Source of the DNA: Pseudomonadota bacterium | GTDB taxonomy: Bacteria > Pseudomonadota > Gammaproteobacteria > Burkholderiales > Casimicrobiaceae | Direction: 5' to 3' | Assembly: GCA_009786085.1 (NCBI GenBank) | Contig: WQTW01000001.1 | Location: forward strand, 14,177 to 78,176 | DNA length: 64,000 nt | Part shown: one piece after another, positions 8,129-18,253 of the stretch | Numbering within the stretch: position 1 is the stretch's first letter | Layout of the letters: each line of letters opens with the position of its first letter | The notes under the pieces: model-generated | What the model saw: the letters and a program-made list of their open reading frames with translations, nothing else | What the model was told of the DNA's origin: nothing | Database searches by the model: none | Program-made: the position numbers and the translations under genes

Positions 8129-9712
8129 TGGCATTTGTGCAGCGTCCGCCAGATAACGCGCCAGATAATCGTCGAAGTTCATTTGATCCGCCGCTTCCAG
8201 TCGCTGTTGTTCCTGCCGCGACGTTTCTGCCATGGTCTCGAATGCTCCGCGCACGTCGGTGGGCAACGGCGTTTCACGATAGCGGTCGGCGTGTTGCTTC
8301 GAATAGCGGCACGCCAGCGCGTGAAACGATTCCTGTTGTTCCCGCATTTCCCTGAGCATTCGCGCTGAAGGCGTCGTTTCGGGATCGGCGATTTTGCCGC
8401 GCTGTTTCCGCACGCTGTCCCGATACGGTTCGCCCAGCCATTCGCTCACCATCTCTATCTGATCGAGCAGCGGCGTCAATGCCTGCGCCAGCGTTTTCGG
8501 TTCACCGTCGATATCGAGAATCGCCTCATCGCTGCGACCGTTGGCGGCAACGCCCAGCAAATTGCTGTCGTAAACGATTCTGGTGCGGCGACCGCTCGAA
8601 TCGGAGTGCAGCAGAAAACAGGTCGTCAACCAGGCCTGAATGAAGCGCATGGTTTCAAGATCGGTTCCCGTCGGCGTGAACGGCGACACATCCAGAGAAC
8701 GCAATTCGAGATAGGCGATGCCGCGTTGCCGCAGCGCCCGACTGGGGGTTTCGCCCGCTTGCGGCGGTTGCTTGGGTCGCACACTGCTGTAGTATTCGTT
8801 TTCGATTTGCAGAATATTGGCGTTCAGTTGCCGATACGCACCGTCCACCATCACGCCCACTTTCTCGAACGTTTCGCACGGCGTATGCGTCGCTTGATAC
8901 AACGCAAAAAGATAGGCATCGAGGCTGTCGCTCGATACGAAGAACGGGCATTTGCGATTGCTGTACCCCAGATCGGACAAGCGCAGTGATGTTCCGCGCG
9001 GCAGATAACAGGTGTCGTCATCCAACCTCGGCAAGTGCGCCGATACTTTGGTGTTGCCCGTCGTGAAAAACGACCGGCTCACTGCCGGCGACGCGCCGAA
9101 CAGATAAGGAATCACGAAGCCGTAGCGCTGAATGTTGCGCAGCAAATCGAGATAACGCCGCGAGCGGAACGCCTGAATGTCGTCCGCCGAATCGGCGCGA
9201 ACGCCATCGACCGCCAGCCACACCGGCCAGGTTTCCTCGGCGAATGAAAAATTGTAATGGATGCCGGCGATGGTTTGCATCGCTTTGCCGTAGCGGTGCG
9301 CCAAACCGACGCGGTAAATGTGTTTGAATTTCGCCAGATTGGACGCGCCGTATTGCGCGATCGGAATGCCATCTTCACCGTCAAGATGGCACGGCATGCT
9401 GGCGTTCCACAACATCTCGTCGCCCAGTTGTTGCGCCGCGACATGCTGAATCGTGTCCAGCCGCTGCAATGCGTCTTCGGGCGTCGTCAACGGCGGCGTG
9501 ACGAATTCCAGCAACGCTTCCGAATAGTCGGTGGTGATCTGCGGATGCGTCAGGGCGCTGCCCAGCGCATAAGGATGCGGCCTCTGGCTCAACCGCCCCT
9601 CGGGGCTGACCCGCAACGCTTCCCGCTCCAGGCCGATACGCACCCGGCGCAACGCTTCCGTTTCACCGTGTTTGCTTAAATACGCCAAGCGCTTTTCGAG
9701 CAGATGAGGCAT
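8126..9712 (-). CDS. gshA: glutamate--cysteine ligase (proteobacterial GshA type)
   Basis: 528 aa. 'GLEREALRV...G......HP..LGSALTH..ITTDYSEALLEF.TP' matches the E. coli-type GshA N-terminal region. Confidence 0.9.
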   Translation of the reverse strand: MPHLLEKRLAYLSKHGETEALRRVRIGLEREALRVSPEGRLSQRPHPYALGSALTHPQITTDYSEALLEFVTPPLTTPEDALQRLDTIQHVAAQQLGDEMLWNASMPCHLDGEDGIPIAQYGASNLAKFKHIYRVGLAHRYGKAMQTIAGIHYNFSFAEETWPVWLAVDGVRADSADDIQAFRSRRYLDLLRNIQRYGFVIPYLFGASPAVSRSFFTTGNTKVSAHLPRLDDDTCYLPRGTSLRLSDLGYSNRKCPFFVSSDSLDAYLFALYQATHTPCETFEKVGVMVDGAYRQLNANILQIENEYYSSVRPKQPPQAGETPSRALRQRGIAYLELRSLDVSPFTPTGTDLETMRFIQAWLTTCFLLHSDSSGRRTRIVYDSNLLGVAANGRSDEAILDIDGEPKTLAQALTPLLDQIEMVSEWLGEPYRDSVRKQRGKIADPETTPSARMLREMREQQESFHALACRYSKQHADRYRETPLPTDVRGAFETMAETSRQEQQRLEAADQMNFDDYLARYLADAAQMP

Positions 9713-9818
9713 CGGTCAGCTCCTTCCTGTCGGTGTCCCGTCTTTCCACATCAGCCGCTTGCAACGCCTCCTGAACGCGGAAAGCGTCCCGTCTCTGCGG
9801 CTGTGATCATCCCATGAA

Positions 9819-9849
9819 GCTCGCTTTAAGTTTATCGCATAAAGCGAGC
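9819..9849. promoter_or_regulatory. 10-bp-arm perfect palindrome in the gshA/mgtE divergent promoter region
   Basis: 'gctcgcttta' (9819-9828) and 'taaagcgagc' (9840-9849) are exact reverse complements separated by 11 nt. The function, operator or hairpin, is unknown. Confidence 0.3.
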
Positions 9850-9968
9850 CGCCAGAGTCTATTTTACACGGCATCACCTCCCGAAAACAGGAACAATGGC
9901 GATACAATACGCCCTGACTGCTCACGGGCGATATTCCTGCCAGCGCACTAACCTTTTTCCTTGTTGCC

Positions 9969-11450
9969 ATGCCGTCCACCTTTCCCGAAGACCATCGCCC
10001 CAGCAAAAACGAAGCGCCCGATCACGGGCAGCGGGCACACGCCGAAATTACGGCGCTGTTACGTCGGCATCTGCTGATCGAGGGATTGGCGCGCGAGCAG
10101 ATTGAAGAAACGCCGCTCGATGAAAATCAGACGTCGCTGCTTGAGAGCATCACCGTTCAACGCAGTCTGGCCGAGTTGCGCGAACAACTCAACGCCCTCC
10201 ACCCCGCTGATATCGCGTTCCTGCTTGAAACCTTGCCGCTGAACGAGCGGCTGTACTTGTGGGACCTGGTGCGCGCCGATCACGAAGGCGAAATCCTCGT
10301 CGAAGTTTCCGATGCCGTGCGCGGCTCGCTGATCTCGATGATGGACACCGAGGAGTTGATCGCCGCCACTGAAACCCTGCCCACCGACGAGATCGCCGCG
10401 CTGGCGCCCGATCTGCCGCAGGAAGTGATCGACGACGTGTTCGAAGGTTTGCCGGTCGAAGAGCGCGAACATTTGCGCGCGGCGATGTCCTTCGAAGACG
10501 ACATGGTCGGCGCGCTGATGGATTTTGAAGAAGTGCAGGTGCGACCCAACGTTTCGCTCGGCGTGGTCTTTCGTTATCTGCGGCGCTTCGACAAATTGCC
10601 GACGCAAACCGATCAGGTGTTCGTCGTTGACCGCAATGAAAAGTTGTTGGGCGTACTGCCGATTCAAGTGTTGTTGGTCAACGACGAAGATCAACAGGTC
10701 AGCGAAGTAATGCAACCTTCGCCCGTCGTTTTGTTGCAGCACGAAAAAGCCGACGAAGCCGCCGCCGCGTTCGAACGCTACGATCTGGTGTCCGCGCCGG
10801 TCGTTGACACCAACGGCAAACTGGTCGGTCGTGTCACCGTCGATGAAATTCTCGACTTCATCAAAGAACGCGCCGGCGAAGAAGTGCTGGCGCACGCCGG
10901 TTTGCACGAAGAAGAAGATGTGTTTGCGTCGGTGTGGAAGTCGTTTCAAAACCGCTGGCAGTGGCTGGCGATCAACCTCGTCACCGCGCTTATCGCTTCG
11001 CGCGTTATTTCTGTCTTTGAAAACACCATCGCCGGACTGGTCGCGCTGGCCGCGCTCATGCCCATCGTCGCCGGTGTCGGCGGCAACACCGGCAACCAGA
11101 CGATTACCTTGATTGTTCGTTCGCTTGCGTTGGGACAAATCACCACGGAGAATGCACGCCAACTCTTTCGCAAGGAATTGTTGGTCGCTCTGTTAAACGG
11201 GCTTCTTTGGGGCAGCGTGATGGGCGTTGTCGCGTTTTTGTTTTACCACGATCTGGGATTGGGTGCGGTCATGTTGCTGGCGATGACGCTCAACATGCTG
11301 CTCGCCGCGTTCATGGGCGTACTGATTCCGATGATCCGGGTAAAAATGGGACGTGATCCGGCGTTGGGATCGTCGGTGCTCATCACCGCCTGCACCGACT
11401 CCGGCGGCTTCTTCATCTTCCTGGGACTGGCAACGCTGTTTCTGACTTGA
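9969..11450 (+). CDS. mgtE: magnesium transporter MgtE
   Basis: 493 aa with an MgtE N-domain, tandem CBS region and C-terminal membrane domain carrying 'PIVAGVGGNTGNQT' and 'TDSGGFFIFLGLA'. Confidence 0.9.
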   Translation: MPSTFPEDHRPSKNEAPDHGQRAHAEITALLRRHLLIEGLAREQIEETPLDENQTSLLESITVQRSLAELREQLNALHPADIAFLLETLPLNERLYLWDLVRADHEGEILVEVSDAVRGSLISMMDTEELIAATETLPTDEIAALAPDLPQEVIDDVFEGLPVEEREHLRAAMSFEDDMVGALMDFEEVQVRPNVSLGVVFRYLRRFDKLPTQTDQVFVVDRNEKLLGVLPIQVLLVNDEDQQVSEVMQPSPVVLLQHEKADEAAAAFERYDLVSAPVVDTNGKLVGRVTVDEILDFIKERAGEEVLAHAGLHEEEDVFASVWKSFQNRWQWLAINLVTALIASRVISVFENTIAGLVALAALMPIVAGVGGNTGNQTITLIVRSLALGQITTENARQLFRKELLVALLNGLLWGSVMGVVAFLFYHDLGLGAVMLLAMTLNMLLAAFMGVLIPMIRVKMGRDPALGSSVLITACTDSGGFFIFLGLATLFLT

Positions 11451-11481
11451 CGTCGCCGCTCCATCTTTAGGAAAGTTTTTC

Positions 11482-13974
11482 GTGCGCTCCTTTCTTCGCC
11501 ATTACGGAATCTCCATTGCGATCGGCGCGTTGCTGGCCTGTTTGCTGATTTCCATTACTGCCGGACCGCGCGTGTACCACCGCGCCGTTGTGTTTCTCTC
11601 GCCACCACCGATTCACGCTCCGGCTGCTATTGCGCCAACCGTTGCTGCATCCACCGTCGCCAGTGAACTGATCGGCGGTCTGGACACGCCCGCGCAGGAA
11701 TCGCTGACCGGACATGCGCTCGAATTCACCGGTTGGGCCTTCGATCCGGTCGGACTCCGCGCCGTCGAAATCCGTTTTCCGCACACGAGCTACACCGCCA
11801 GGCTGAACATTCTCCGCGAGGATGTTCGCAACGCGTTACCCGCACTTGCCAAAACCCATGACGGCATCGAACGTTCAGGATTTGAAGCACGAATCACGTT
11901 GCCTGATTCGTTTTCATCGCTCGACCGTCAACCGATCGAAATCGTCGCCATCAACCGCGACGGCAAAACCAAAACGCTCGGAAAGCGTAGTTGGTTGCCG
12001 ACCGGCAGTTGGTCAACAGCGCCTAAAAATTCCTCCGCTCAAGGCAAACGAATTTTCCATCTTCTGATGATGACTTCAGGACTGCCCTTCGGCGGCGGCA
12101 ATGAAATCGATACCGTTTACCGTGACTATGTATCGCCGACCATCAGAACCGGCGTGTCCGTGCCGATTCTTTACATGCGCACGACGAAAGGTGCGCAAGG
12201 CGACTGGACATTCGATCCGGCGTTTGATTTGACGCGCCGCTGCGATGGCCGCCTCGTTGCCGAAGACAACCTCGACAGCGCCATCGCTTACGCCATCGAG
12301 AAAAAAACGCCGATACAATTCATCCTGAACGGCGGCATCTGGAGCGACGCCAGTTGCACCTTCTCGGAATGGGATCTCACCGATCGCCTCGAAGAAATCC
12401 CGGCACTGTGTCAATGGGCGCAGGACAACACCGTTTATCCCGACGATTACCTGAGCAACCTGCCCGGCTCAACCGCATCGCCGCGATTGGCGCGTTCGCT
12501 GACCTACCAGGTTTACGCGAAAGAAGCGCGTGCTTACAAGAAGCGCAACCTGCAAGCGGCAGCGCGCCGCATCGCCGTCTTCGCGCAAAAACATCCCGAT
12601 CTTTTCGTCGGCATCGCGCTCGATGCCGATACGTACATGAACCCGTTTTTCAGCGGTCACGCCACCTTCGATTACAATCCCGGAATGTTGCGGCAATTCC
12701 GCGAATGGTTGCAAGGCATCGGACCTTATGCACTTCCCTCTTTGGCCGGGAAAAGCGCCGATCCCTCCGTTCCCGACCTGTCGGCTTATCGCCGCGCCCG
12801 ATCGCTGACGCTTGCTGAAGTCAACGCGATTGCCGGACATCACTGGCAACATTGGGATGACGTCGATCCGCCCCGTCCGCCACCTGAACGGATGACGAAC
12901 CCGACATCCGCCGCCACGATGGAACAGGTCTGGGAAAATCCCTGGTGGCATTTGTGGGACGCCTTTCGTAAACATGTCGTCCATTTGCACTATACCGAAC
13001 TCGCGCAATGGGCAGCCGAAGCCGGTGTCCCCGAAAGCCGGATTTTTTCAGCGCAAGGTTTCGCCGCCTCTGTGCCGGGCACTTTCCCTTCCGCGACCAT
13101 CGAGGGAAAAGCGCCTTTCAGTTACCACGAATCGGCCGGCGTCTCGATTGAAGGCTCCAAACCGCGCAATGGCTCGCATCTCGGCGCGATCCTTTACGAC
13201 AAACCCGCTCGCAACGACGTGGCGATGCCGCACGGCCACAGCCTTTTCTCCGAATTCGCCCGCGTTGACGACGGTTGGGGCATTGTTGAATACAACGCCG
13301 CCGATATCGGCGACGCCCGCACACCGCCGCAATACCATCACGCCTATCTGACCTACCGCGACGCTTACAACTTCGACGCGCAAGAAGTTTCGCACATGGC
13401 CTGGAACGGCAGCAACGGATTGTTCGCCGACGATCCCGCTTACGTCTCCTATACCTCGTTCCGCAACACCGGAACAGAAGAAGCGATGCGCGACTTCATG
13501 ATCTCGCGCGCATTCTTTCCCGAAAGCTTGCGGCTGTGGACATTCGGCAGCGCTCATTACGCCAGCGACGACGGCTGGACCACTTCCGTCGGACGTCTGC
13601 AAGCACAAACCGGCGCGCTGCTGCTCACCGCCAAACATCAGCAAATCGAATTGCTCTCCCCCGCCGACCAGGTGTTGCGAACGCCGCGCCTGAAAACCTT
13701 GCGCTTGATCGTCCCGGAAAACGCAAGCGCGACCATTGCGCAACTGACCGTCGCCGCGCAACACACCGCCAAAGCGGATTGGAAAATCCTTTCCACCGTG
13801 AAAGAACCCGAAGTCGCGCCGTTTGTTCATGGCTTCGTGCGTATCGACATCCCGTTGCTGTGGCCTGAAAACTGGATCGAAAGAAACATTATCGCCGAAC
13901 GCTTGCGGCTGAATATCGAACTGCGCGCGCCTGAAGAAACATTGACCATTCATCGAATCGCGCTGAATCCGTAG
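11482..13974 (+). CDS. membrane-anchored hypothetical protein (830 aa), possibly with a glycoside-hydrolase-like fold
   Basis: Long ORF with a GTG start and good codon bias. It has an N-terminal TM helix 'ISIAIGALLACLLISI'. The stretches 'FILNGGIWSDA' and 'MLRQFREWLQG' only loosely recall GH42-like enzymes. I recognise no confident family. Confidence 0.55.
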   Translation: MRSFLRHYGISIAIGALLACLLISITAGPRVYHRAVVFLSPPPIHAPAAIAPTVAASTVASELIGGLDTPAQESLTGHALEFTGWAFDPVGLRAVEIRFPHTSYTARLNILREDVRNALPALAKTHDGIERSGFEARITLPDSFSSLDRQPIEIVAINRDGKTKTLGKRSWLPTGSWSTAPKNSSAQGKRIFHLLMMTSGLPFGGGNEIDTVYRDYVSPTIRTGVSVPILYMRTTKGAQGDWTFDPAFDLTRRCDGRLVAEDNLDSAIAYAIEKKTPIQFILNGGIWSDASCTFSEWDLTDRLEEIPALCQWAQDNTVYPDDYLSNLPGSTASPRLARSLTYQVYAKEARAYKKRNLQAAARRIAVFAQKHPDLFVGIALDADTYMNPFFSGHATFDYNPGMLRQFREWLQGIGPYALPSLAGKSADPSVPDLSAYRRARSLTLAEVNAIAGHHWQHWDDVDPPRPPPERMTNPTSAATMEQVWENPWWHLWDAFRKHVVHLHYTELAQWAAEAGVPESRIFSAQGFAASVPGTFPSATIEGKAPFSYHESAGVSIEGSKPRNGSHLGAILYDKPARNDVAMPHGHSLFSEFARVDDGWGIVEYNAADIGDARTPPQYHHAYLTYRDAYNFDAQEVSHMAWNGSNGLFADDPAYVSYTSFRNTGTEEAMRDFMISRAFFPESLRLWTFGSAHYASDDGWTTSVGRLQAQTGALLLTAKHQQIELLSPADQVLRTPRLKTLRLIVPENASATIAQLTVAAQHTAKADWKILSTVKEPEVAPFVHGFVRIDIPLLWPENWIERNIIAERLRLNIELRAPEETLTIHRIALNP

Positions 13975-13992
13975 AACCAGAGTTAGGCACAC

Positions 13993-14682
13993 ATGAAAAA
14001 AATTTCTAAGAAGCAATGGCAAGCATTAACCAAGTCAGCCGAACAAGGCGTTGCCGAAGCGCAATGGGAACTCGGTTATTATTACGCAAACGGTGCTGCC
14101 ACAAAGTCAGGCGAGGTACTCGCGCCGCAAGATAAAACCGCGGCCATTAGCTGGTATTTGCGAGCAGCAAAGCAAGAGTACGCAGATGCCAAAATCTCGC
14201 TTAGTTGCCTCCTGAGCGAGGGAGATCATCCAGATTACAAAGCGGCTATTTTCTGGGCCAAGTCCGCCATAGCACAAGGCAATGAATTCGCCGCCTACAA
14301 CCTCGGCATCATTTACAGAGACCTTGGCAAGCCCAAGTCCGCGCTTCGCTATTACCAACTCGCCACAGCGATGGGAGATGCAGATGCCCATCTGCAAATT
14401 GGTCTCTGTCACTTATTGGGACATGGAACGGCAATCAACCATTCCGCCGCCCAGGAAAGCTTCCAGAAAGTCTTACAGTCTCCCGTTGAAGCGACAACAC
14501 AACGCTCTCGAGAAAATGCTCTTTACTGGCTCGCCCTGCTCAATCTGATGGGTCTTGGTCATCGGCGCAATCTGGCACAAGCAAGAAACTTGCTTATGCA
14601 AGCCAATGCGGATGATGACCATGAACAAGCTAATGAGCTTCTGCTCGTTATCGGCAAATCCTCCAAATCTCGGCTTCGGTAG
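13993..14682 (+). CDS. Sel1-repeat (TPR-like) protein
   Basis: 229 aa with reiterated Sel1 motifs: 'AEAQWELGYYYANG', 'A..WYLRAAKQ', 'AAYNLGIIYRDLG', 'ADAHLQIGLCHLLGHG' and 'A.YWLALLNLMGLG'. There is no signal peptide. The gene is A/T-richer than its flanks. Confidence 0.8.
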   Translation: MKKISKKQWQALTKSAEQGVAEAQWELGYYYANGAATKSGEVLAPQDKTAAISWYLRAAKQEYADAKISLSCLLSEGDHPDYKAAIFWAKSAIAQGNEFAAYNLGIIYRDLGKPKSALRYYQLATAMGDADAHLQIGLCHLLGHGTAINHSAAQESFQKVLQSPVEATTQRSRENALYWLALLNLMGLGHRRNLAQARNLLMQANADDDHEQANELLLVIGKSSKSRLR

Positions 14683-14772
14683 CGAGTGAGAGTGGCGACC
14701 GCAATCTGCCATACGATATCTGGGGCGCGCTTGCTAAAACGCGCCGATTAACTCCAACATTAGGCCTCGACG

Positions 14773-15747
14773 ATGAACGCCACATGGCAACGAGCAACAG
14801 TCATTTCGATACTCTTCGGATTCGCCGGGTTTGGCTTACTCTTGGTCTTCGCCACGGTACTCTGGTGGGCGTACCCTTATCCAGAGAATGCATCACAGCA
14901 AGAAATCGAGTTCGTGTGGGCGATTCACACCTTGGCGGAGAAGCTCTTCGGCTTCTTGGTCGTAGCTCTATGCGCAGTTGGTGCAGCTGCCCCACTCCGG
15001 CGAACATGGCGAATGGGGCTAGGAGCAGCGATCGGATCAGGGCTTGTGTATCAGGGTGTCGCCATTATCACTTATATCAGCAAATTCGGGTTTTCAGCAT
15101 ACCTTGAGAACCATCTATTTTGGTCAACTGTTGCCGTCACGGTAGCAGTTTCAGCCGTATTTGGGCTCATCGTGATTAGGAACTCTTGTCGCTGCGATCA
15201 CCATAAAACGTCAACAAAAACAAAAAGCATGAGCGTAGTAAAGCCGCGCATTCTTCCACGGAGCCTTAGAGACGCATCGTTATCCCTCGGGGTGTTTGTA
15301 ATCCAATTCACGATCCTGCTCATTCTTCCGGCGCTGTTCTTGGCTGTATTTGTCAGCCTTCTATCCGGGGCGCTTTGCGTTATAGCAATCTATCTGTTGT
15401 TTCTCCTGTTCACGGTCAAAGAAATCAGGGTAACAAATGAAGGGCTTCACTTCATCAGATTGGCAGGCTCGCCTAGGCGGATTCGGTGGAGCGAAGTGTC
15501 ATCGATTACCAAAGTAACAAGTAGGGAGATAATCTTGCGCGGTTGGTTGTGGCCCCCTTTCCCTGCTCGGGAAATGACGCTGAGCTTTACGGCAGAGGGG
15601 CACTACAGGATTGCTTTCAACGGAAAGTATATCTATTACCCGCCGGCAGATACGCAACAGTTTGAAGCTTTACTTTCTGCACATCTGCGTTATGGAAAAA
15701 CCATGCAACCGAAGTGTGCGGACGCACATCGCCTACCTGAGCATTAG
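14773..15747 (+). CDS. hypothetical polytopic membrane protein with a possible C-terminal bacterial PH-like domain
   Basis: 324 aa with about 6 predicted hydrophobic helices. The C-terminal soluble region 'IRVTNEGLHFIRLAGSPRRIRWSEVSSI' resembles bPH modules, but weakly. The gene is A/T-richer than the core genes. Confidence 0.6.
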   Translation: MNATWQRATVISILFGFAGFGLLLVFATVLWWAYPYPENASQQEIEFVWAIHTLAEKLFGFLVVALCAVGAAAPLRRTWRMGLGAAIGSGLVYQGVAIITYISKFGFSAYLENHLFWSTVAVTVAVSAVFGLIVIRNSCRCDHHKTSTKTKSMSVVKPRILPRSLRDASLSLGVFVIQFTILLILPALFLAVFVSLLSGALCVIAIYLLFLLFTVKEIRVTNEGLHFIRLAGSPRRIRWSEVSSITKVTSREIILRGWLWPPFPAREMTLSFTAEGHYRIAFNGKYIYYPPADTQQFEALLSAHLRYGKTMQPKCADAHRLPEH

Positions 15748-15842
15748 GAGACGCCATGCAAACAATATTGGCTCTAGCTATCCCTATCCGCTCGTGGATT
15801 CTGATGCCTGACGAACATTAGCAACTAGGTATGCATAGCAAG

Positions 15843-16112
15843 CAAGGGTGGATAAGCGCAGCGCAATCCACCATCCGTAGGGGCGGGTTTCAAACCCGCC
15901 CTTTTTGCACACGCGAAGACGCGGAGTGCGCAAAAAAAGACGCTTTCGCTCCTCCGCGCCTCCGCGTCTCCGCGAGAGAATTCTTTTTTGCGCTCTTTGC
16001 GCTCTTTGCGGTCAAACAAAACGGGCGGGTTTGAAACCCGCCCCTACACGCAGAATGATGCATTTCTGATCCCTGACTTCTGACTTCTGACTTCTGACTT
16101 CTGACTTCTGAC
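15843..16112. repeat. intergenic repeat mosaic ending in a heptamer array
   Basis: Contents: a degenerate 'gggtggataagcgcagcgcaatccacc' REP; the GTAG REP 'gtaggggcgggtttcaaacccgccc' at 15877-15903 with its inverted copy at 16023-16047; 'ctttgcgctctttgcggt' words; and seven units (ttctgac)n at 16064-16112, ending 8 bp from the nusB stop. Confidence 0.9.
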
Positions 16113-16120
16113 CGCTGCCC

Positions 16121-16618
16121 TCAGCCCATCACCCGTATTTCGTCGGCGCGGCATTGCGCCGCCAGTTTGTCGAGTACACCGTTGACGAATTTGTGGCCGT
16201 CGGTTCCGCCGTAGGTTTTGGCGAGGTCGATGGCTTCGTTGAGGATGATTCGATAGGGAATGTCCAGTCGTTCGGACAATTCCCAGGTCGCCAGCACGAG
16301 GATCGCTGTTTCGACCGGCGATAAAGTTTGCGTGTCGCGCGCGGCGGCGACATGCGGCGCGAAGCGATCGCGCAGCGCTTCGTACCGGCTACTGACGCCG
16401 CGCCACAATGCGTCAAAATAGGCTTCGTCGCAACGCGCGTAATTCGGGCTGTCCATCAGGTGCAGACGAATATCCTCTGCTGTCGCCTGCGTCAGTTGGT
16501 ATTGGTAAAGCCCTTGCACCACCAACGCCCGCGCGCGACGACGCCCCATGAAATCGATTTTCAGGGGCTTCGCTGTCGGCGTTTTTACCGACGTGTTTTC
16601 CGGTGTGTCAGTCGGCAT
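16121..16618 (-). CDS. nusB: transcription antitermination factor NusB
   Basis: 'RRRARALVVQGLYQYQL' and 'VNGVLDKLA' are NusB signatures. I chose the ATG at 16618, which overlaps the ribH end by 11 nt. The alternative ATG at 16549 would remove the N-terminal extension. Confidence 0.85.
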   Translation of the reverse strand: MPTDTPENTSVKTPTAKPLKIDFMGRRRARALVVQGLYQYQLTQATAEDIRLHLMDSPNYARCDEAYFDALWRGVSSRYEALRDRFAPHVAAARDTQTLSPVETAILVLATWELSERLDIPYRIILNEAIDLAKTYGGTDGHKFVNGVLDKLAAQCRADEIRVMG

Positions 16619-17078
16619 TTTTTCGCAATCGCTCCAGGGTGTTGGCCAATTCAACGGCGGCCAGCGCGGCCTCGTAACCTTTCTGATCCATCCGCGCGAT
16701 GGCTTGTTCGTCGGTTTCGCAGGTCAGTACGCCGTTGCCGATGGCGATATCGAAATCGAGCGCAACGTCGCTGATGCCGCGCGCCGATTCGTTGCTGACA
16801 ACTTCAAAATGGTAGGTCTCGCCGCGAATCACGGCGCCCAGCGCAATCAGCGCGTGGAATTGTCCGGTTTGCGCCATTCCCTGCAACGCCAGCGGAATCT
16901 CCAACGCTCCGGGAACCCGCAACAGCGTAATATGCGCATCCACAACACCTTTTTCGTGCAAAAAGCGCAACGCGCCTTTGAGCAGCCCTTCGCCGATCTC
17001 GACGTTGAAGCGCGCCAATACGATGCCGATGCGCATTCCGGCGGCCTGTGTTTTGCTGGGAATTTCGTGTGGCGTCAT
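16608..17078 (-). CDS. ribH: 6,7-dimethyl-8-ribityllumazine synthase
   Basis: 156 aa. 'RIGIVLARFN...V.RVPGALEIPLA......G.F.ALIALGAVIRGETYHFE.V' is the lumazine synthase pattern. Confidence 0.9.
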   Translation of the reverse strand: MTPHEIPSKTQAAGMRIGIVLARFNVEIGEGLLKGALRFLHEKGVVDAHITLLRVPGALEIPLALQGMAQTGQFHALIALGAVIRGETYHFEVVSNESARGISDVALDFDIAIGNGVLTCETDEQAIARMDQKGYEAALAAVELANTLERLRKNAD

Positions 17079-17102
17079 GAATTGCTCAGGAAAAGGTGGG
17101 GT

Positions 17103-18209
17103 TCACGATTGCGCATTCAGCGCGTTTTGCTCTTGAAAACCGGTCACTTCCAATCCGAAACCGGCCATGCTCGGCATCTTCCGTGGCCGCGCCAGCAAGC
17201 GCATTTTCTGCACGTTCAAGTCGCGCAGAATCTGCGCGCCGATGCCGTAATCGCGCAGCGCCATCGACACATCGGGATGCCGCCTGCCCGCCGCCGCGCG
17301 ACGCCGCAAATCCTGGGCGCTCTCCGGTCGATGCAGCAACACCATCACGCCGGCGGAAGCCGCCGCCAATTCACGCAACGCCGGGAAAACGCCCCAAGCG
17401 TGCGGCTCGCTTTGCACGTCCAGAAAATCCATGATCGAGATCGGCTCATGCACACGCACCAGCGTTTCTTTTTCCGGCGTCGGCGTTCCGTGCACCAACG
17501 CCAGATGTGTTGCGTCAGTCAGTTTGTCGCGGTAAACAAACATTTCAAAAGCGCCTACCGCGGTTTGCAATGGCCGTTGCGCGATTCGTTCCAGCAAGGT
17601 TTCGTGCTGGCTGCGGTGGTGAATCAGATCCGCAATCGTGCCGATTTTCAATCCGTGTTTTTCCGCAAATTTTTCGAGGTCGGGCAAACGCGCCATCGCG
17701 CCGTCCTCCTTGAGAATTTCGCAAATCACGGTGGACGGCATCAGTCCCGCCATTCGCGCCAGATCGCAGCCCGCTTCCGTGTGACCGGCGCGCACGAGCA
17801 CGCCGCCGGGTTGCGCCATCAGCGGAAAAATGTGTCCCGGTTGCACCACATCTTCCGGCCTGGCGTCGGGCGCGACCGCCGCTTGAATGGTGCGCGCGCG
17901 GTCGGCGGCGGAAATGCCGGTCGTCACCCCTTCCGCCGCTTCAATCGACAAGGTGAAATTCGTGCCGAGCGATGAACGGTTGGTGGGCGTCATCAGCGGC
18001 AGCTTCAATTGCTGACAGCGTTCCTGCGTCAGCGTCAGGCAAACGAGTCCGCGCGCGTGCGTCACCATGAAATTGATCGCTTCCGGCGTCACGAATTCCG
18101 CCGCGAGCATCAAATCGCCTTCGTTCTCGCGGTTTTCTTCATCGACCAAAACGATCATCCGACCGGCTTTCAGCTCGGCAAGAATTTCAGGGATCGGCGC
18201 TATCGCCAT
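17103..18209 (-). CDS. ribBA: bifunctional 3,4-dihydroxy-2-butanone-4-phosphate synthase / GTP cyclohydrolase II
   Basis: DHBP synthase motifs '[12 protein letters not shown]' and 'HTEA', followed by a GCHII-like C-terminal half. The ATG at 18209 lies downstream of the mogA stop; the track ORF starts inside mogA. Confidence 0.9.
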   Translation of the reverse strand: MAIAPIPEILAELKAGRMIVLVDEENRENEGDLMLAAEFVTPEAINFMVTHARGLVCLTLTQERCQQLKLPLMTPTNRSSLGTNFTLSIEAAEGVTTGISAADRARTIQAAVAPDARPEDVVQPGHIFPLMAQPGGVLVRAGHTEAGCDLARMAGLMPSTVICEILKEDGAMARLPDLEKFAEKHGLKIGTIADLIHHRSQHETLLERIAQRPLQTAVGAFEMFVYRDKLTDATHLALVHGTPTPEKETLVRVHEPISIMDFLDVQSEPHAWGVFPALRELAAASAGVMVLLHRPESAQDLRRRAAAGRRHPDVSMALRDYGIGAQILRDLNVQKMRLLARPRKMPSMAGFGLEVTGFQEQNALNAQS

Positions 18210-18253
18210 GTTTTTGACTCCGGACACAGTGTGCGAAAAGATTATTTTACCCG

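Noticed and set aside
18210-18253. An FMN riboswitch upstream of ribBA, and other riboswitches upstream of folE2, thyA and mgtE.
   Set aside because: Only 44 nt separate mogA and ribBA, which is too short for an RFN element. I saw no conserved riboswitch core strings in the other leaders, which are occupied by repeat modules.
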